A stretch of 64,000 nt of DNA, from NCBI RefSeq assembly GCF_036321535.1, contig NC_087436.1, positions 25,670,001-25,734,000 of the forward strand, written 5' to 3'. Within the stretch, counting starts at the first letter, position 1, and each line of letters starts with the position of its first letter. Under the pieces are notes generated by a model, which was not told the origin of the DNA, ran no database searches, and worked only from the letters and a program-made list of their open reading frames with translations. The position numbers and the translations under genes are program-made. This stretch comes from Camelus dromedarius. Taxonomy: Eukaryota. Shown here piece by piece: positions 50,209-62,080 of this stretch.

Positions 50209-53200
50209 CGCAGGGCCTTTTTCTTGGCCAGGCTGCAGAAATTGGTTACTGCAGACACATTTAGGTGCACATGCTTGTTTGTCTTGCTTTGTGTAGATAA
50301 AGGTTAACTAAAAGAATTGAGATATTTAATTTCTAGAGACAAGATGTGCCACCTTCCAGCACATCTACTTATTTTATATCTAAGAACTATAATTCCAGAA
50401 GCTGTAGGTATCTACAAAAATGGCAAAAATCTTACTGTGTCCTAAGAACTTGGTCTGGTTACTGTCAGGTTGAGGGTCTCAAAATATGACCAGACTCAAA
50501 ACTATGACAGATTCAAAAAAAGTGGGTTAAATTTCATTTACAGCTAGGGTCCTACCAAACTGCTACCAGCCCTCAGGGGAGTTACAAGGGCCATTAGAAG
50601 GAATTCCAATTAGATAAGATTACTTTAAAAGTGCACTTAAAAGCAAGGTCTTCTGAATCAAACAAACAGAATGGGATACCTATTTTAACTGATATGCAGA
50701 AGCCTCCAAAAGACTTCAAAATTCCAAAATAGCTTCATTGAAAGATTTGTTGTAAAAGGCTAATGAAAAAAATTAGAGATATAAGAGGTACCTAAAACAA
50801 AAGACTGTTAAGACTAACATAACTCCTGCGGTTCCGCTCCTTCCTTTACTTGGACACTCATTCTAGTCATTCTCTTCCTGAATTGTTTTTCCACTCTAAA
50901 AAGACTACAGGACTAGAAACAAAAGTCGCCAAGTGAGTGGCCTTACAGACACTTCCATAACTTCCCTCGAAGGAGGACTCCATATGGGGGACCCCGCCTC
51001 TTCCAAAGTTGATGAGACTCTGAAGGATTTTTTTTCTGGTAAACTCTTATGTTATTCTATTTAATAGCCAAGGGGAAAATAAAATAAAATTAAAATTCAT
51101 AACAGAGTCAGCTCTCCCAGATCTCTGTCAGTAGTATCCAACAGAGACAGAAAAATAAAATATCTTTTGCATCCTTTTGGGGGATACCTTTTGAGTCCAA
51201 GGAATCATTCAATATTTTCAAATATATTTACTGTTTGTCCGGCTAAAAAGTTGACAAGATATTTAAAAGGGTTTTTATTAGGTAGTTCTAAGAATTGGTC
51301 AGCTATTGAAAGCTGATATTTAGAGCCTGATAGAAAAAAATTTTAAGCCTTCTACCCAAAACAAATTGAAGATAATGTCATTGGATGGAAGACCAACCTA
51401 TGACTTTCTTTGAGTTAGCTGATTTTGATTGGTGTGGGTCTTAGGGACCATGGGAATTATTCTGCTCATTATAATCATAATAATCTCTCTGGTACATTAT
51501 ATTCTCTCAAAAGTTTTAAATGTGTGTTGGTAGCCACTGCCTATTAAGCAAACAATCTCTCCAAGCCTGGAATATCAGAAAAGGAATGAAAAGGGTGACT
51601 AATTTAAAGATTGTGAACCTGTGAATATCACAGGAATTAAGCAAAAACATCATGACCTGTGGATACCACACCAGAGGGTCAACAAAGCTGCAAAAACTGG
51701 AGTGGTAGCTAAGAGTCGCACTAATGCCTTAAATTTTGATCACATCTCTCAGTTAAGCTGAGAGTCCGATCAAAATGGGGAATTCGTTAAAAAAAAATGG
51801 GGTCCAAAATGGAGTCACTTGTACTAAGCCCCATGTCAGTAAACCAAGACTTAATACCTAACCTAACTGCAGTGACAACATCCCAGGGGACTGTAGTGTT
51901 AACTGGTCTGTCTGGAATTTTCTGGTCAGCACCAGTGAGGAAAACTGCTAAGTGGGGTCCTTCCATCCCCCACAGATAGGTTACCTAACCTGAAATAATC
52001 CACTCTTTTCCCTTTTCTGCCTGTAAAAGCCTTCCGTTTTGTACATCTCCTCGGAGCACCTCTCCCCTTGCTAGATGGGATACCCTCCAATTCACGATTG
52101 TTCAATAATAAAACCAATTAGATCTTTACAATTTACTTGGCTGAATTGTTGGTTTTTAACAGAGGTAATCCTCCACTATTTTTGTGAGTTTAACAGTTTT
52201 TCTTTTGTAAAACGGTGATAATGGTATCAGCCCTACCTTCTTCAGCTTTTTTTGAGGATCCAATAAACTAACATGGGTAAAATCACTTTGTAAAAAAGTG
52301 TCATAAAAATATAACCTTTTATTATAAAGTATTCATGTAGTGAGAATTCTGTAATATTTGATTTCTATATAGCATGTTCATTTCTTACAATTTCCCTTGG
52401 AAAGAGGTTTTTTTTTAATCAATTGTGTCAAACAGAAGAAAGCAAACTGTGATTTAGTAAAAAGCAACTGGGAAAAAAATACAGCCTCCTAGCCTGCTAA
52501 AGAAAAGTATCTTGTGCATTAAATTTACTTAAAAAATTAATGAGAGACTTGGAGTTTATAGTTATCCTTCATTAAAACTCCAACTAGATAGAGTAGAAAA
52601 AGGACCAACTGCTATCTGAAAGCCTGTTTTTCAGATTTCTGTTTCACAGAATAGATCAGAATCTCTAAAGGAGACTTAAAGGAGGGAAAAATCTTCCAAA
52701 CCACCAGGCCCTGAGAGCTGTGTAAAATGAAATGGAGGCGGCAGGACAAAACCTCTCAGGATGGAACAGAGGCCATGTAAACAGATGTGGCTGCAGTGAA
52801 GAGAAAAGGTTGAATGGTGGCTTTGTTGCTTGCTTTCTGTTTGTACCACAGAGGGTCCTCTCTATACAAATCTTCCTGGCAGATGATGGACCGCATAACT
52901 CTCACCGCCCGTGGAAACATACAGAACCTGATCTTTGCTAAACACAGGCACTCTCAGCTCTCGGCTCTGTTTATTGGAATGAATGTTTATTTTAATTAAT
53001 GTTTCACATAAGGCCCAACTTTTATGGTAACTGTGAAAGAGAATTTATGAAGAACATAACTGAAAAGCCAATGTAATTTTGCTTTTTAATCTGCTGACAG
53101 ATAACCATCCATCTCAGACCGCATGGAACAAAGGAATACGCTATCTATGAGTTTCTAAAAGTTGCACTTATTATTGACAGACATTAAGTGATTTGAGCGC

Positions 53201-55759
53201 TAAAAGAGAGAAGGTATGTTCATGGTAAAACTATTTCTGAAAAGGAGCTCTGTTAGGAGGGGAGACAATGTGTTGAAATGAGCAACATAACCTTCACTCT
53301 ATTCTTAAAGATTCCGGGGGAACAGTACGTGGCACTGATGAAGTGCTCTACACACGTTCGCTGATTTATTTCATGAGGAACTGCACTGTTGCCTACTTAT
53401 GAAAGAAGGTCAGACACCAGAATGTGGAAGCCTGCCCCTGTTCCTTTAAATAACCTGAGGGGCCTGGCGTTCCTTGATTCGGGATGCCTTGTCCAAGGTT
53501 GGGTAGGTGGACAGCAGTTGAGAGAGGTGAGGGGGGTGACTTTTATTATACTCCTATTTTCATCAGATAAAATCAACACCAGCCTCCAAGGCCGGTAGTA
53601 GCCTACAGCCATAAAGCATAAAATGTTCCTTCATAAATGTATATGGTCATCTTCAACTCTTTCCCTGTAGTAGATTTTTATTTCATATGGAACAGAATAA
53701 ATGAGTCTCCTGAAAGCTGGTGGATTTACAGCTTGAATTTACTATTCTTCTAGCGTGGTGTTAACTTCACTAATAAAAATGTTGTGTCTGCTTTGCAGAA
53801 AATTCTCCACTGAAACAAATCATGCATATCTGGGCACAGGAGAGGGATGCAAGTTCAAGAACAAGAAATCAAGAAGAAGGGACACACTGAGAATGTGTCT
53901 CTTTTCGTAAATGACATACTAAATGATAACAAAAAAAAAAAAGGCAGAATCTTAGAAACTACAGTTAACTTATTATAATCAGAAGTCTCTCCTTAATGCC
54001 TGTATCCTCTCATATTATCCAGATATTGTTCTTTCATGAGTTCCCTAATTTATGTAGGTGTGGAGAATAATTCTTTAGGAGAAAGGGAAAAAAGGATATG
54101 GTCTTCTGGAAATGTATCTTTTTTCCCTTCCACATTTCAACACGTGTGTGATGTTTTATATGCTCTCTGGAGATATTTTAAAGTGTGTAAAGAAGATGGC
54201 TTGCTTCAATTCTTTAATTTCTTGTTCTGCCACACACTCTGACTTTGTCATTAATAAACAAATATGATTTGGGCACAGAATTTAAAAAAAATAGAGGGAA
54301 GGAGAGTGGGAAAGGGGCACACTAAGAGAAAGAATTTCAATCTGAGGCCCAGGGAGCCCCCTCTTTCTCTGTCTATACAGAGCCAGCCCTGTCAGCTTCC
54401 CTTTGGTCCTCACCGACCACCGACGGGGCTGGAGGCCCTTCTATACATGGCCGTGTCCCATGCATTCATGGGCCCTCCAACACCACAGCCTCTTTTGTTT
54501 GGAGCCAGATCATCGCCCTCCCTGCTCTCAGCTGCCATATGGTGCAGTGGAGACCGAAGCACAAAGACAGACAGGGAGAGCAAACGGCTGAAAGAGGACG
54601 GGAAGAAAGAAAATCAAGAGCCGGCAGATGAAGCTGATTTATGTCCAGTGTTCAAGGGGCAGGCAGGCAAGGTGGGGCTGAGAAGTGAGAGGGTACGGGG
54701 TGACACCGAGGGAGCATGGGGTGAGGATGTTCTTGGAATATGAAACTTCTCACAGATAAGCAAGCAGGCATTTTCCTGGGAGAGGCAGGCTCTGCTTATT
54801 CTCCAAATATGGAATTTAAAACAGAAAATGTCCACTGCAGTGGTTTATCTTTTGTTATCAGTTTTAAAATTATTTCTATTCTTTCTCATGATCAGGGCTT
54901 ACATTATTTTATTTTGTCATAATGATATGGTTAACAAAACCACACATGCTGTGTTTTTATGCATATTCTCACATTCCTGCTCTGAGATAATTTTTAATGT
55001 TTTGTAGAGCCACCCTCTTCACAGGAAAATTGTAATGTCCGTATATTTTTCCCCTAAGTCTGGAGATGTACTCTTCAATAGTTCTATGAACACCCAATTG
55101 TATTTTGGGGGCATCTAGGGAGCCTAATTTTTCAGGAGTCGATGGCCAATCCTGTTGAGACACTATTCCTACTTTTATTGTGAAAGCACATGAACATTCC
55201 TAATTTATAGGCTTGCATATAAATATTTTTAAATTTTAAAGTCAAAGTGGCTAGAATACATAATGCTAATATATCTCGGCACTTTCAAAAAAAGTTTATG
55301 CTAATTAGGGTGAAACATTTGATTTTCCCGCCACTTACTTTCTACCTAATACAAAGTACTGCCGTATTTATTATGTTTCATGCATCAGAAGGGGCAGAAG
55401 TATACCTTTCTGCTGTAAGAATACCTTGATAATTTTGATCATTTCTTCAATGAGTAAGTAGTACAGTGAGTAGTGCAGCTGGCCAGTATGTCATATTCAA
55501 TTCTGACCTTATAATGTTTGATAAAATAATGTGGTGTGAAAATTAGTGTTTCACACGTGAAGGCATATATGAATATCCAAAAATTACAAGGTGATATAAG
55601 TTATCAAGTACTTATTTCAGATATAATTATTCAACCTATCATAAAGAATAAAGGCCCCTTGAAGTTCCGCCTTTGACCTGAAGCCCAGCACACCACACGC
55701 TGCTAGCTGCACTCCTGGACTCTGACAGCTCCCTCTCGGTATGCATGGCTGATGTTTCC

Positions 55760-57110
55760 TAACCTCTCTGTCTCTTAAAGTTGGAGTGAGCCAGTTGCTC
55801 AGACTTTGGATTTGTTTTCATCTCCATCTGCACTTACTCACTTGGGGATCGTATCTAATCTCATGCCTTTAAACACCATCCACATGATGACAGCACCCAC
55901 ATTCACACCTCCTGAACTCTACCTGCACATTTCTAGCTGCCATCTCGGCATACTCTTGTGTTTGGCTGATAGGCATCTCAAACTGAATGTGCACTGGGCA
56001 CTCTCTCCATTCCGCTGCCTCCAGCCCAGACCTTGGACCGTCAGTCAAAGCGTAGGAAGATCACCTAGAGGTGTGCTTTCCAGATAGAGCATTTTGGCCA
56101 CATCATAGCCACTGTTTCTATTCATTTGAATTTTTATTTTTAAAGAAAGAGGAAAAAAGCAGCCTTGCTTTGGCATGGGTGTAAAGCCAGAAGCCAGCAC
56201 CTCAGTAGTGCTGGTCTTAAGCACAAACATAAAGCGATGGCCATATTGGACTCCATCTCCCTCCTTCAGTGTTGCTGTGATTGTCAATGGTACATGGTTT
56301 CTGTGTGCAATGTCGGAGGGTGGGGTCTGGGGAAGTCGGAGGCAAAAGATCTCATAGGCTGAGCCTTGGGCCACCTCTAATGGATAAAGGTTAATAAAGA
56401 GAAATGTGAAAAAAAAAATGTGCCCGAAACTAAATTCCTGATCGGTACCCACTAAGCCTACTTCTCCTGTGGGCTTCCCAGTCTCGGTTAACGATCACTC
56501 TATCCCGCTAGTCCTTCAGATCAAAATGCTTGACATCACCGTCTCCTCTCTTTCTCTCACAGCACACATCCAGAACATCAGCAATCCTTATTGACTCTGT
56601 CTTCAAAAAATATCCAGAATCCAAACACTTCTCACCAATTCCACGGCTACCATTTTGGTCCAAGCCACCAGTGTTTTTCTTCACTGAATTTTTGCAATAT
56701 CTCCTTATTTGCCTTTCCAGTTTTATTCTTGTTCTTATACTATATTCTCAATAGAGCAGCCAGGGCACTCCTGGTAATACTTTCTTATGTTATGTCTTGT
56801 CCTTCTGTGTATAAAAACCTGTGAGCAATCTGCCTACCCGTTACCTCTCTAACCTTGTCTCAGTCATACCACCTTCCTTCCTGTCTGCAAGTGCACCCAT
56901 CACATTCTTGCCTTTGCACCTGCTGTTCTGTCAGTCTAGAATGCTCTTTCCCCAGATTCCCTCACTTCCTTTAAGTTTTTGCTTACATGTCATCTTTTCG
57001 ATGAGACCTTCCCTGACTCTCCATTTAACATGTTAACCCTCCTCCCAGCACACATCATCCCCCTTCCTTGTTATATCTTTGCCATAGCACTTTTCACTTT
57101 CTAACTTCCA
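55760..57110. mobile_element. L2 fragment (interrupted by the POLR1E retrocopy)
   Basis: L2 motifs: tctaatctcatgcctttaaacaccatc, aggcatctcaaact..|..aaactaaattcctgat, tatccagaatccaaacacttctcacca, gagaccttccctgact. Confidence 0.8.
55993..56416 (+). pseudogene. POLR1E: 5'-truncated processed retrocopy of POLR1E (PAF53/RPA49): last 24 codons plus 3'UTR and polyA
   Basis: 55994-56068 encodes LGTLSIPLPPAQTLDRQSKRRKIT*, matching the remembered POLR1E C-terminus LGTLSLPLPPAQTSDRLAKRRKIT*. AATAAA 56393-56398, A-tail from 56409, TSD aatgtgc at 55986-55992 and 56417-56423. Confidence 0.9.
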
Positions 57111-57814
57111 AAAGAAATTTTCTTCCTGTGAGAATAGCAGCATGCGGCACTGGAGTCATTGAAAATATATAAGATGTGTCTTCTTGTGAAGCCTAAATTA
57201 TAGTTACTGTGTCTAGTTACTATCAGAAATAGATTAAAAAAAAAAAGGCTTCATTTTTTTTCTACTTAAATATATATGATTCACCAAAATACATTCTACA
57301 CTTGCTAATCTTTTTTCTCACCCATTTCCAAAAAATGAAGAATTGATCTACGTTAGATTCCAGGACTTACTCTTCAGTTCCCCAAACTAAACAGACTTTA
57401 AGATAAAAGGAAAAACAGCAATAAAAGGGAAGTTAAGAGTAATATTCTATACACAGAAAAGTAACTGAAAGTTAGAAAAATGAAAGTAGTAACCTCAATT
57501 AGCCTAAATATTATCCCTTGAAACAGATAAATTAAATGAAAAACTTAGAAAAAATATGCATTGCGATTATAACCAAAACACTAGATATATTCTGTAAATT
57601 TAGTAAACGGTGAGAAGAAAATATTCCTCTGTTTGGAAGTAGACAAAGGTTCTAATCAGTCTATTACTTGTCCTCATTTTCCTTCTACTGCTGCTACTGT
57701 GTGTTGCAAGAACTTGCTGAGGACAGGTTGTCTAGTGAAAAGGTATTCAAAACATGGAAAGAAGGTCATTTGAATTCATATATCCAAACAAAATCACCAG
57801 AGGTTACTTTTATG

Positions 57815-58035
57815 TGGAAGAGCCTGGGTGCTGGAGTCAGCAGCACTGGTTAATACCCCAGCTCAAATGTCTAGTTAGCTTAGTCAAGACTTAATTACTC
57901 TAAGCTTGTCCTCATCTGGTATATATGAACGATAGCTACCTCAAACCACTGCAGTGATGATGCTAACAGGTGCCTCTAAGACACGGTCTGACGCATAGAA
58001 AGTACTCACAACAGTGCATGTATTGTCAGTGTTAA
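57815..58035. mobile_element. MIR SINE
   Basis: ggaagagcctgggtgctggagtcag..ggttaataccccagctc..ctacctca..gtctgacgcatagaaagtactca. Confidence 0.65.
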
Positions 58036-58477
58036 TCTAATAATATATGAAATGATATACAAAAGAGGTATGGAAATCATTTTTAATCATGTTTCTCCTT
58101 TTAAAATTTAGAAGTTCATGATATTTCAATTTAATTTTACATAACATGCTCTTTATAGTTTTAACTGGAGCAATTAAAAAAAAAAACAGAAATCTTGATT
58201 AATGATAGGGACACCTGGCACCTTGATTATCATTATGTTTCTTCTCAAATGAATCTTAAAATATATAGAATCTCTACCTGATAGCATGTAGAGAATTTCC
58301 TGGGCTCAATCTAAGGCTTATCTAATATTCACAATTTGATTTCTTTAATTTTTCAAAAATGAAGGTAACCTATTTCTGGGAATCAGCATGAATTTGTTGT
58401 TGAATTCAGAAACTTTGGGGAGCTTCAGTTCATGAGAAGCTGAGGGAGGGTATGGTTGTTAAAAGAGTGCTTTTGTT

Positions 58478-58850
58478 GTATTTTTGTCAGCTCAGTTTGC
58501 TATAACCAGACACCACAGACTGGGTGGGTTAGACAACAGACATTCATTTCTCACAGTTCTGGAGGCTGGGAAGTCCCAGAGGTGCCTGCACATTCAGTTC
58601 TTTGTGAGGACCCTTTTCTTGGCTTGCAGACGATAGTCTTCTCCCTGTGTTCTCATATAGCAGAGGGAGAGAGACAGCTCTGATGTCTTCCTCTTCTTAT
58701 AAGGGCATTAACCTCATCATGGGGCCCCACCCTAATGATCTCATCTAAATCTGAATACTCTCAAAGCTCCACCTCCAAATACTATCACATTGTAGGTTAG
58801 GTCTGCAAAATATCAATTTGGGGGACACATTACATTAGGTCCACAACACA
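58478..58850 (-). mobile_element. MLT1A-like solo LTR
   Basis: tttgctataac..caccacagactgggtgg..tttctcacagttctggaggctgggaagtcc..tcttcttataagggcattaa..ggggacac..ccacaaca. Confidence 0.85.
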
Positions 58851-60850
58851 TTGCCAAGCAGCAGATAGGTAATGAATTTATGAAGTGATGGAAAATATTA
58901 CCGGTAAGAATAGTGATGCTGACTTCAGATTAGAGACCGCATCCTAGATTTTTTTTAGGCATGTCTGCTCTTTATGCTTATAGTTATCATCTCGATTTTG
59001 CCTAATGTATCCACTTTTCTTATCTGCTGTGGAACTATCCTAAGTGCTGCGGCTGTTTTTCAGCACTTTAAGCCCTACCACATTATTTGAAGCAGTAGGG
59101 TACCAAATTTTACATTGTCCTCCTCTCTTCCTTCTTGCGGTGGTTTCCCTTTAGCTCACTGTACATAAACTGTCTAAGCAGCCTTGTCTATTCTGGCAAA
59201 TGATCAGTAATATATGTCAAAGATGGCAGATGTGCTAAGTCCAAGGTCTTCTGACTGAGCAAACCATCCCCAGTGTCATATGACATCTACAAAGCTCTGT
59301 ACAAGATATTAAACTAGGCATTTTCACTAACTTTCCCTCATTTAATATTTGTGTTACTTTTATGACATATATTGCATATATATATATTATATATATAAAG
59401 TTCATGCTGATTCCCCGTTTTTCAGCCACTGAAATTGAGATCAACAGTGATTAATATATCTTGTCTCAAATCACACACCTAATATAAAAAGAGATCCAGA
59501 ATTGAACTCATATCTTGTGATTTCAAGTCTAAGTAATCCCATTATGATAAGCCTAATATCAAACAGGACTAGATGACACAAACCTATTTCATATTGACAA
59601 AAGCTGTCATCTAGAAAATTGGACACTACCAGTACATTAGAGGACTTAAATTTGGAGCTCTTGTTTTCTTTCTGTGTACTGTCCTCTCACAAGGCGTTCT
59701 GGACTTTTTGGCTTACCAAATATTCATTTCAATCAGTATATTCTCACATAATGTGCTGTCTAAAAAACCATGCAACAATAAACTGATATATAACATTAAG
59801 GGTCTGAGCTATGACCATCTTTAATTTCACCTATTGTTAATTGTAATCCAAAGAAAGGCCATTGGAGCCAAGCCTTAAAAGACAAAAAAGGCTTTTCTAG
59901 TGAGGATATCATGTTATTATACAATTTATTTGAAGGAAATACCCTCTCAACCTCATCTTGACCCACAGAACTCTGTCTGCCTGCTTTGTGTTTGTATGAA
60001 AAATCTGCCTCTCTTATTTCTCAGCTGTCACTGGAGTCATTACAATTAGGTCCTCTGCAGCTCTTGAGTGCACCCTTCATGAAGGAATGAATGAGTAAAA
60101 AGTGAGAAATACAGCAAAGAAGTTATATGGAGACAAAAGTAGTAGAGAAGAGAGGGTTGGTGCACAACAAAGAATTATGGCTCAGAGATAGCATCCTCTA
60201 CCTCAAACCCTAGGTCTGGCATTCATTACTAGTAGGACTTTGGGCCTCTTTTAAATTAATTATCCTTATGTTCAACACAGGCATCTTAATAGCATTTACC
60301 TCAGAGGATTTTTACAGTGCATAAATTATATAGTTTATACGAATATGTGATTGAAATATAACAGGTGCTCAATAATTATTAATTTATTTTCTTCATGTAA
60401 GTTTATTTATTTATCCAAGTAGGGTATAAATTCCTTTAGACCAAGGTTTCCATTTTAGCATTCTTTACCAAACAAGGTTTAGCATGGTGCTTGTCATATA
60501 ACAGACAGTGAAAGTGAGTAGTCATAGAAAGTGAAACTACAGAAAGAAAAAAATAGAAGAAAAAAAGCTGTTAGAAAGGAAATAAAAATCAACATGTTAA
60601 GATATCTTCAGTTAGAGACTCAGACATTTCTCTTTCTGGGTCATAATTTGCTTAGCTGAGGTGCAGAACAGTTTGAGTATAAACTTTTCAGTCAATAAAA
60701 TTTTTTTCCCAACTTTTCCAAGAATGGATCCAGTTTCAAAGGGCCTTTTTTCAAACTGTATATTTCACTTTCTAATTTATCTAAAACGGAAAATGAACCC
60801 ATTTGTGCTACTTACTGAGAGACAGGGATTCCCACACTCCACCATGTTTC

Positions 60851-60901
60851 CCTCTCTCTCTCTCACGTGCGTGTGCACGTGCACACACACACACACACAC
60901 A
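60851..60901. repeat. (CT)n-(RY)n/(CA)n microsatellite
   Basis: ctctctctctctcacgtgcgtgtgcacgtgcacacacacacacacacaca. Confidence 0.9.
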
Positions 60902-61625
60902 GCTCCAACTTTCAATGTGTTGACAAATTCATTCTTCACAAAAATATAATTTGAAACTCAAGTCTTATTGGGGAAACTCACAAATTAACTGAGGTGAAAT
61001 AATTGCATTCATTTTCTTCTGTTTTTCTAAGAGGACTGACACAGGCTGTGATGAGGAAATATGACCTCCTCCACATGTTTTCCATGAGGACTATGTTTGT
61101 TGTATAGTCATGGAGTTAAAAGCAAGCTTCATTCCCTGGTGCACAAAGGTAATTTGAAAAATGAGCTGGAGTAGTCAAGACTGCTATTTTTCAGTCTGCT
61201 TTGACCACTGGCAGACTATTTTTATACCAACTGTAGAGATATTCAGGTGAGGCAGACACCCCAGAGAATATTGGGGAAACACTTACTTTCACATGGGTAT
61301 TACGTTATGCCCACTAACATATTTGAATAACATCATTCCTGTTTCAAATGTAAACAACTTTCAGTCTATTTGGTACAGTGCCTGAGTCTAATGCCTCTTT
61401 CACCATCCAGATCTCTCATGAAGGATATCCACTGAGATTTTTTTCCTTCGCTGTTGCTTGAACCCAGTTAAGGTAATACTATCTCTGTTTTGCCTTCTGA
61501 TGAAATTACCGAGGTTTCACTTTCTCTAACAAATACTCAGATCTGTTAATAAGATCAACGTTACTACTTGTCTAATTAACTTTCATTTTCTGGAATTCAC
61601 ACTCTAGGCATCTCCAATGGGATGT

Positions 61626-62080
61626 GGATGGGGTTCAGGACGCTTTACCCCCAAATCTGGCACCTTCTTATATTATTTTAAGCTGAAGGAAATTGAGAAA
61701 TGGCAAGTGCTGGAAAGACTCTCTGACCCTCTCCGTTGAAGCAGGGCGTTAGTTCCTCATGTGAGAGCTGCCCTCCCTATACCCAGAGGAAAGAAGTATC
61801 CTTATCTCCGAAGATGAGGAACATTTGGAAGAATCTCAACCAACAGACCTTCTAAGTTCCCCCTAGTTTACTACAGCAGGCTCATACCCTTTGTCCTATT
61901 TTCCCACAACTTTCCACAGCATACAAATGTTCAGGTTTAACTATTTCTGCAGGTCTTTGATATGTACAAAGTATGTTAAATAAGTTTGTATGCTTTTCTC
62001 CTGTTAATTGGTCTCCTGTTACAGAGACCAAGCTAGAACCTAGAAAGGTAGAAGGAAGAAGATATTTGTTCTCCCATACA
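61626..62080 (+). mobile_element. MER31/MER34-like ERV1 solo LTR with 4-bp TSD
   Basis: gatggggttcaggacgctttacccccaaatctggcacctt..tattttaagctgaaggaaattgagaaa...gcttttctcctgttaat..ctcccataca. TSD atgt at 61622-61625 and 62081-62084. Confidence 0.85.

Larger units (their letters stand above)
49352..52161 (+). mobile_element. Non-autonomous ERV1-class provirus: 5'LTR 49352-49725, internal ~2.06 kb, 3'LTR 51785-52161
   Basis: Paired LTRs (tgtta..agca / cgtta..aaca) share catgtcagtaaaccaagacttaatacctaacctaa. Also PBS 49730-49747, splice donor gtgagt 49839, gag-like remnant, env TM remnant, PPT aaaatggggaa at 51772, and flanks gatg / gagg (4-bp TSD, 1 mismatch). Confidence 0.92.

Noticed and set aside
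49891..50209. Overlapping repeat-containing ORFs or a CRISPR-like repeat-spacer pattern
   Set aside because: Degenerate tandem repeat within an ERV leader in mammalian DNA; no constant repeat or unique spacers, no cas genes.
54264..54743. Longest ORF (159 aa) as a protein-coding gene
   Set aside because: TTG/ATG-started low-complexity product with no recognisable domain; explained by locally higher GC.
56045..56452. 135-aa minus ORF
   Set aside because: Antisense to the POLR1E retrocopy 3'UTR and crosses into L2; incidental.
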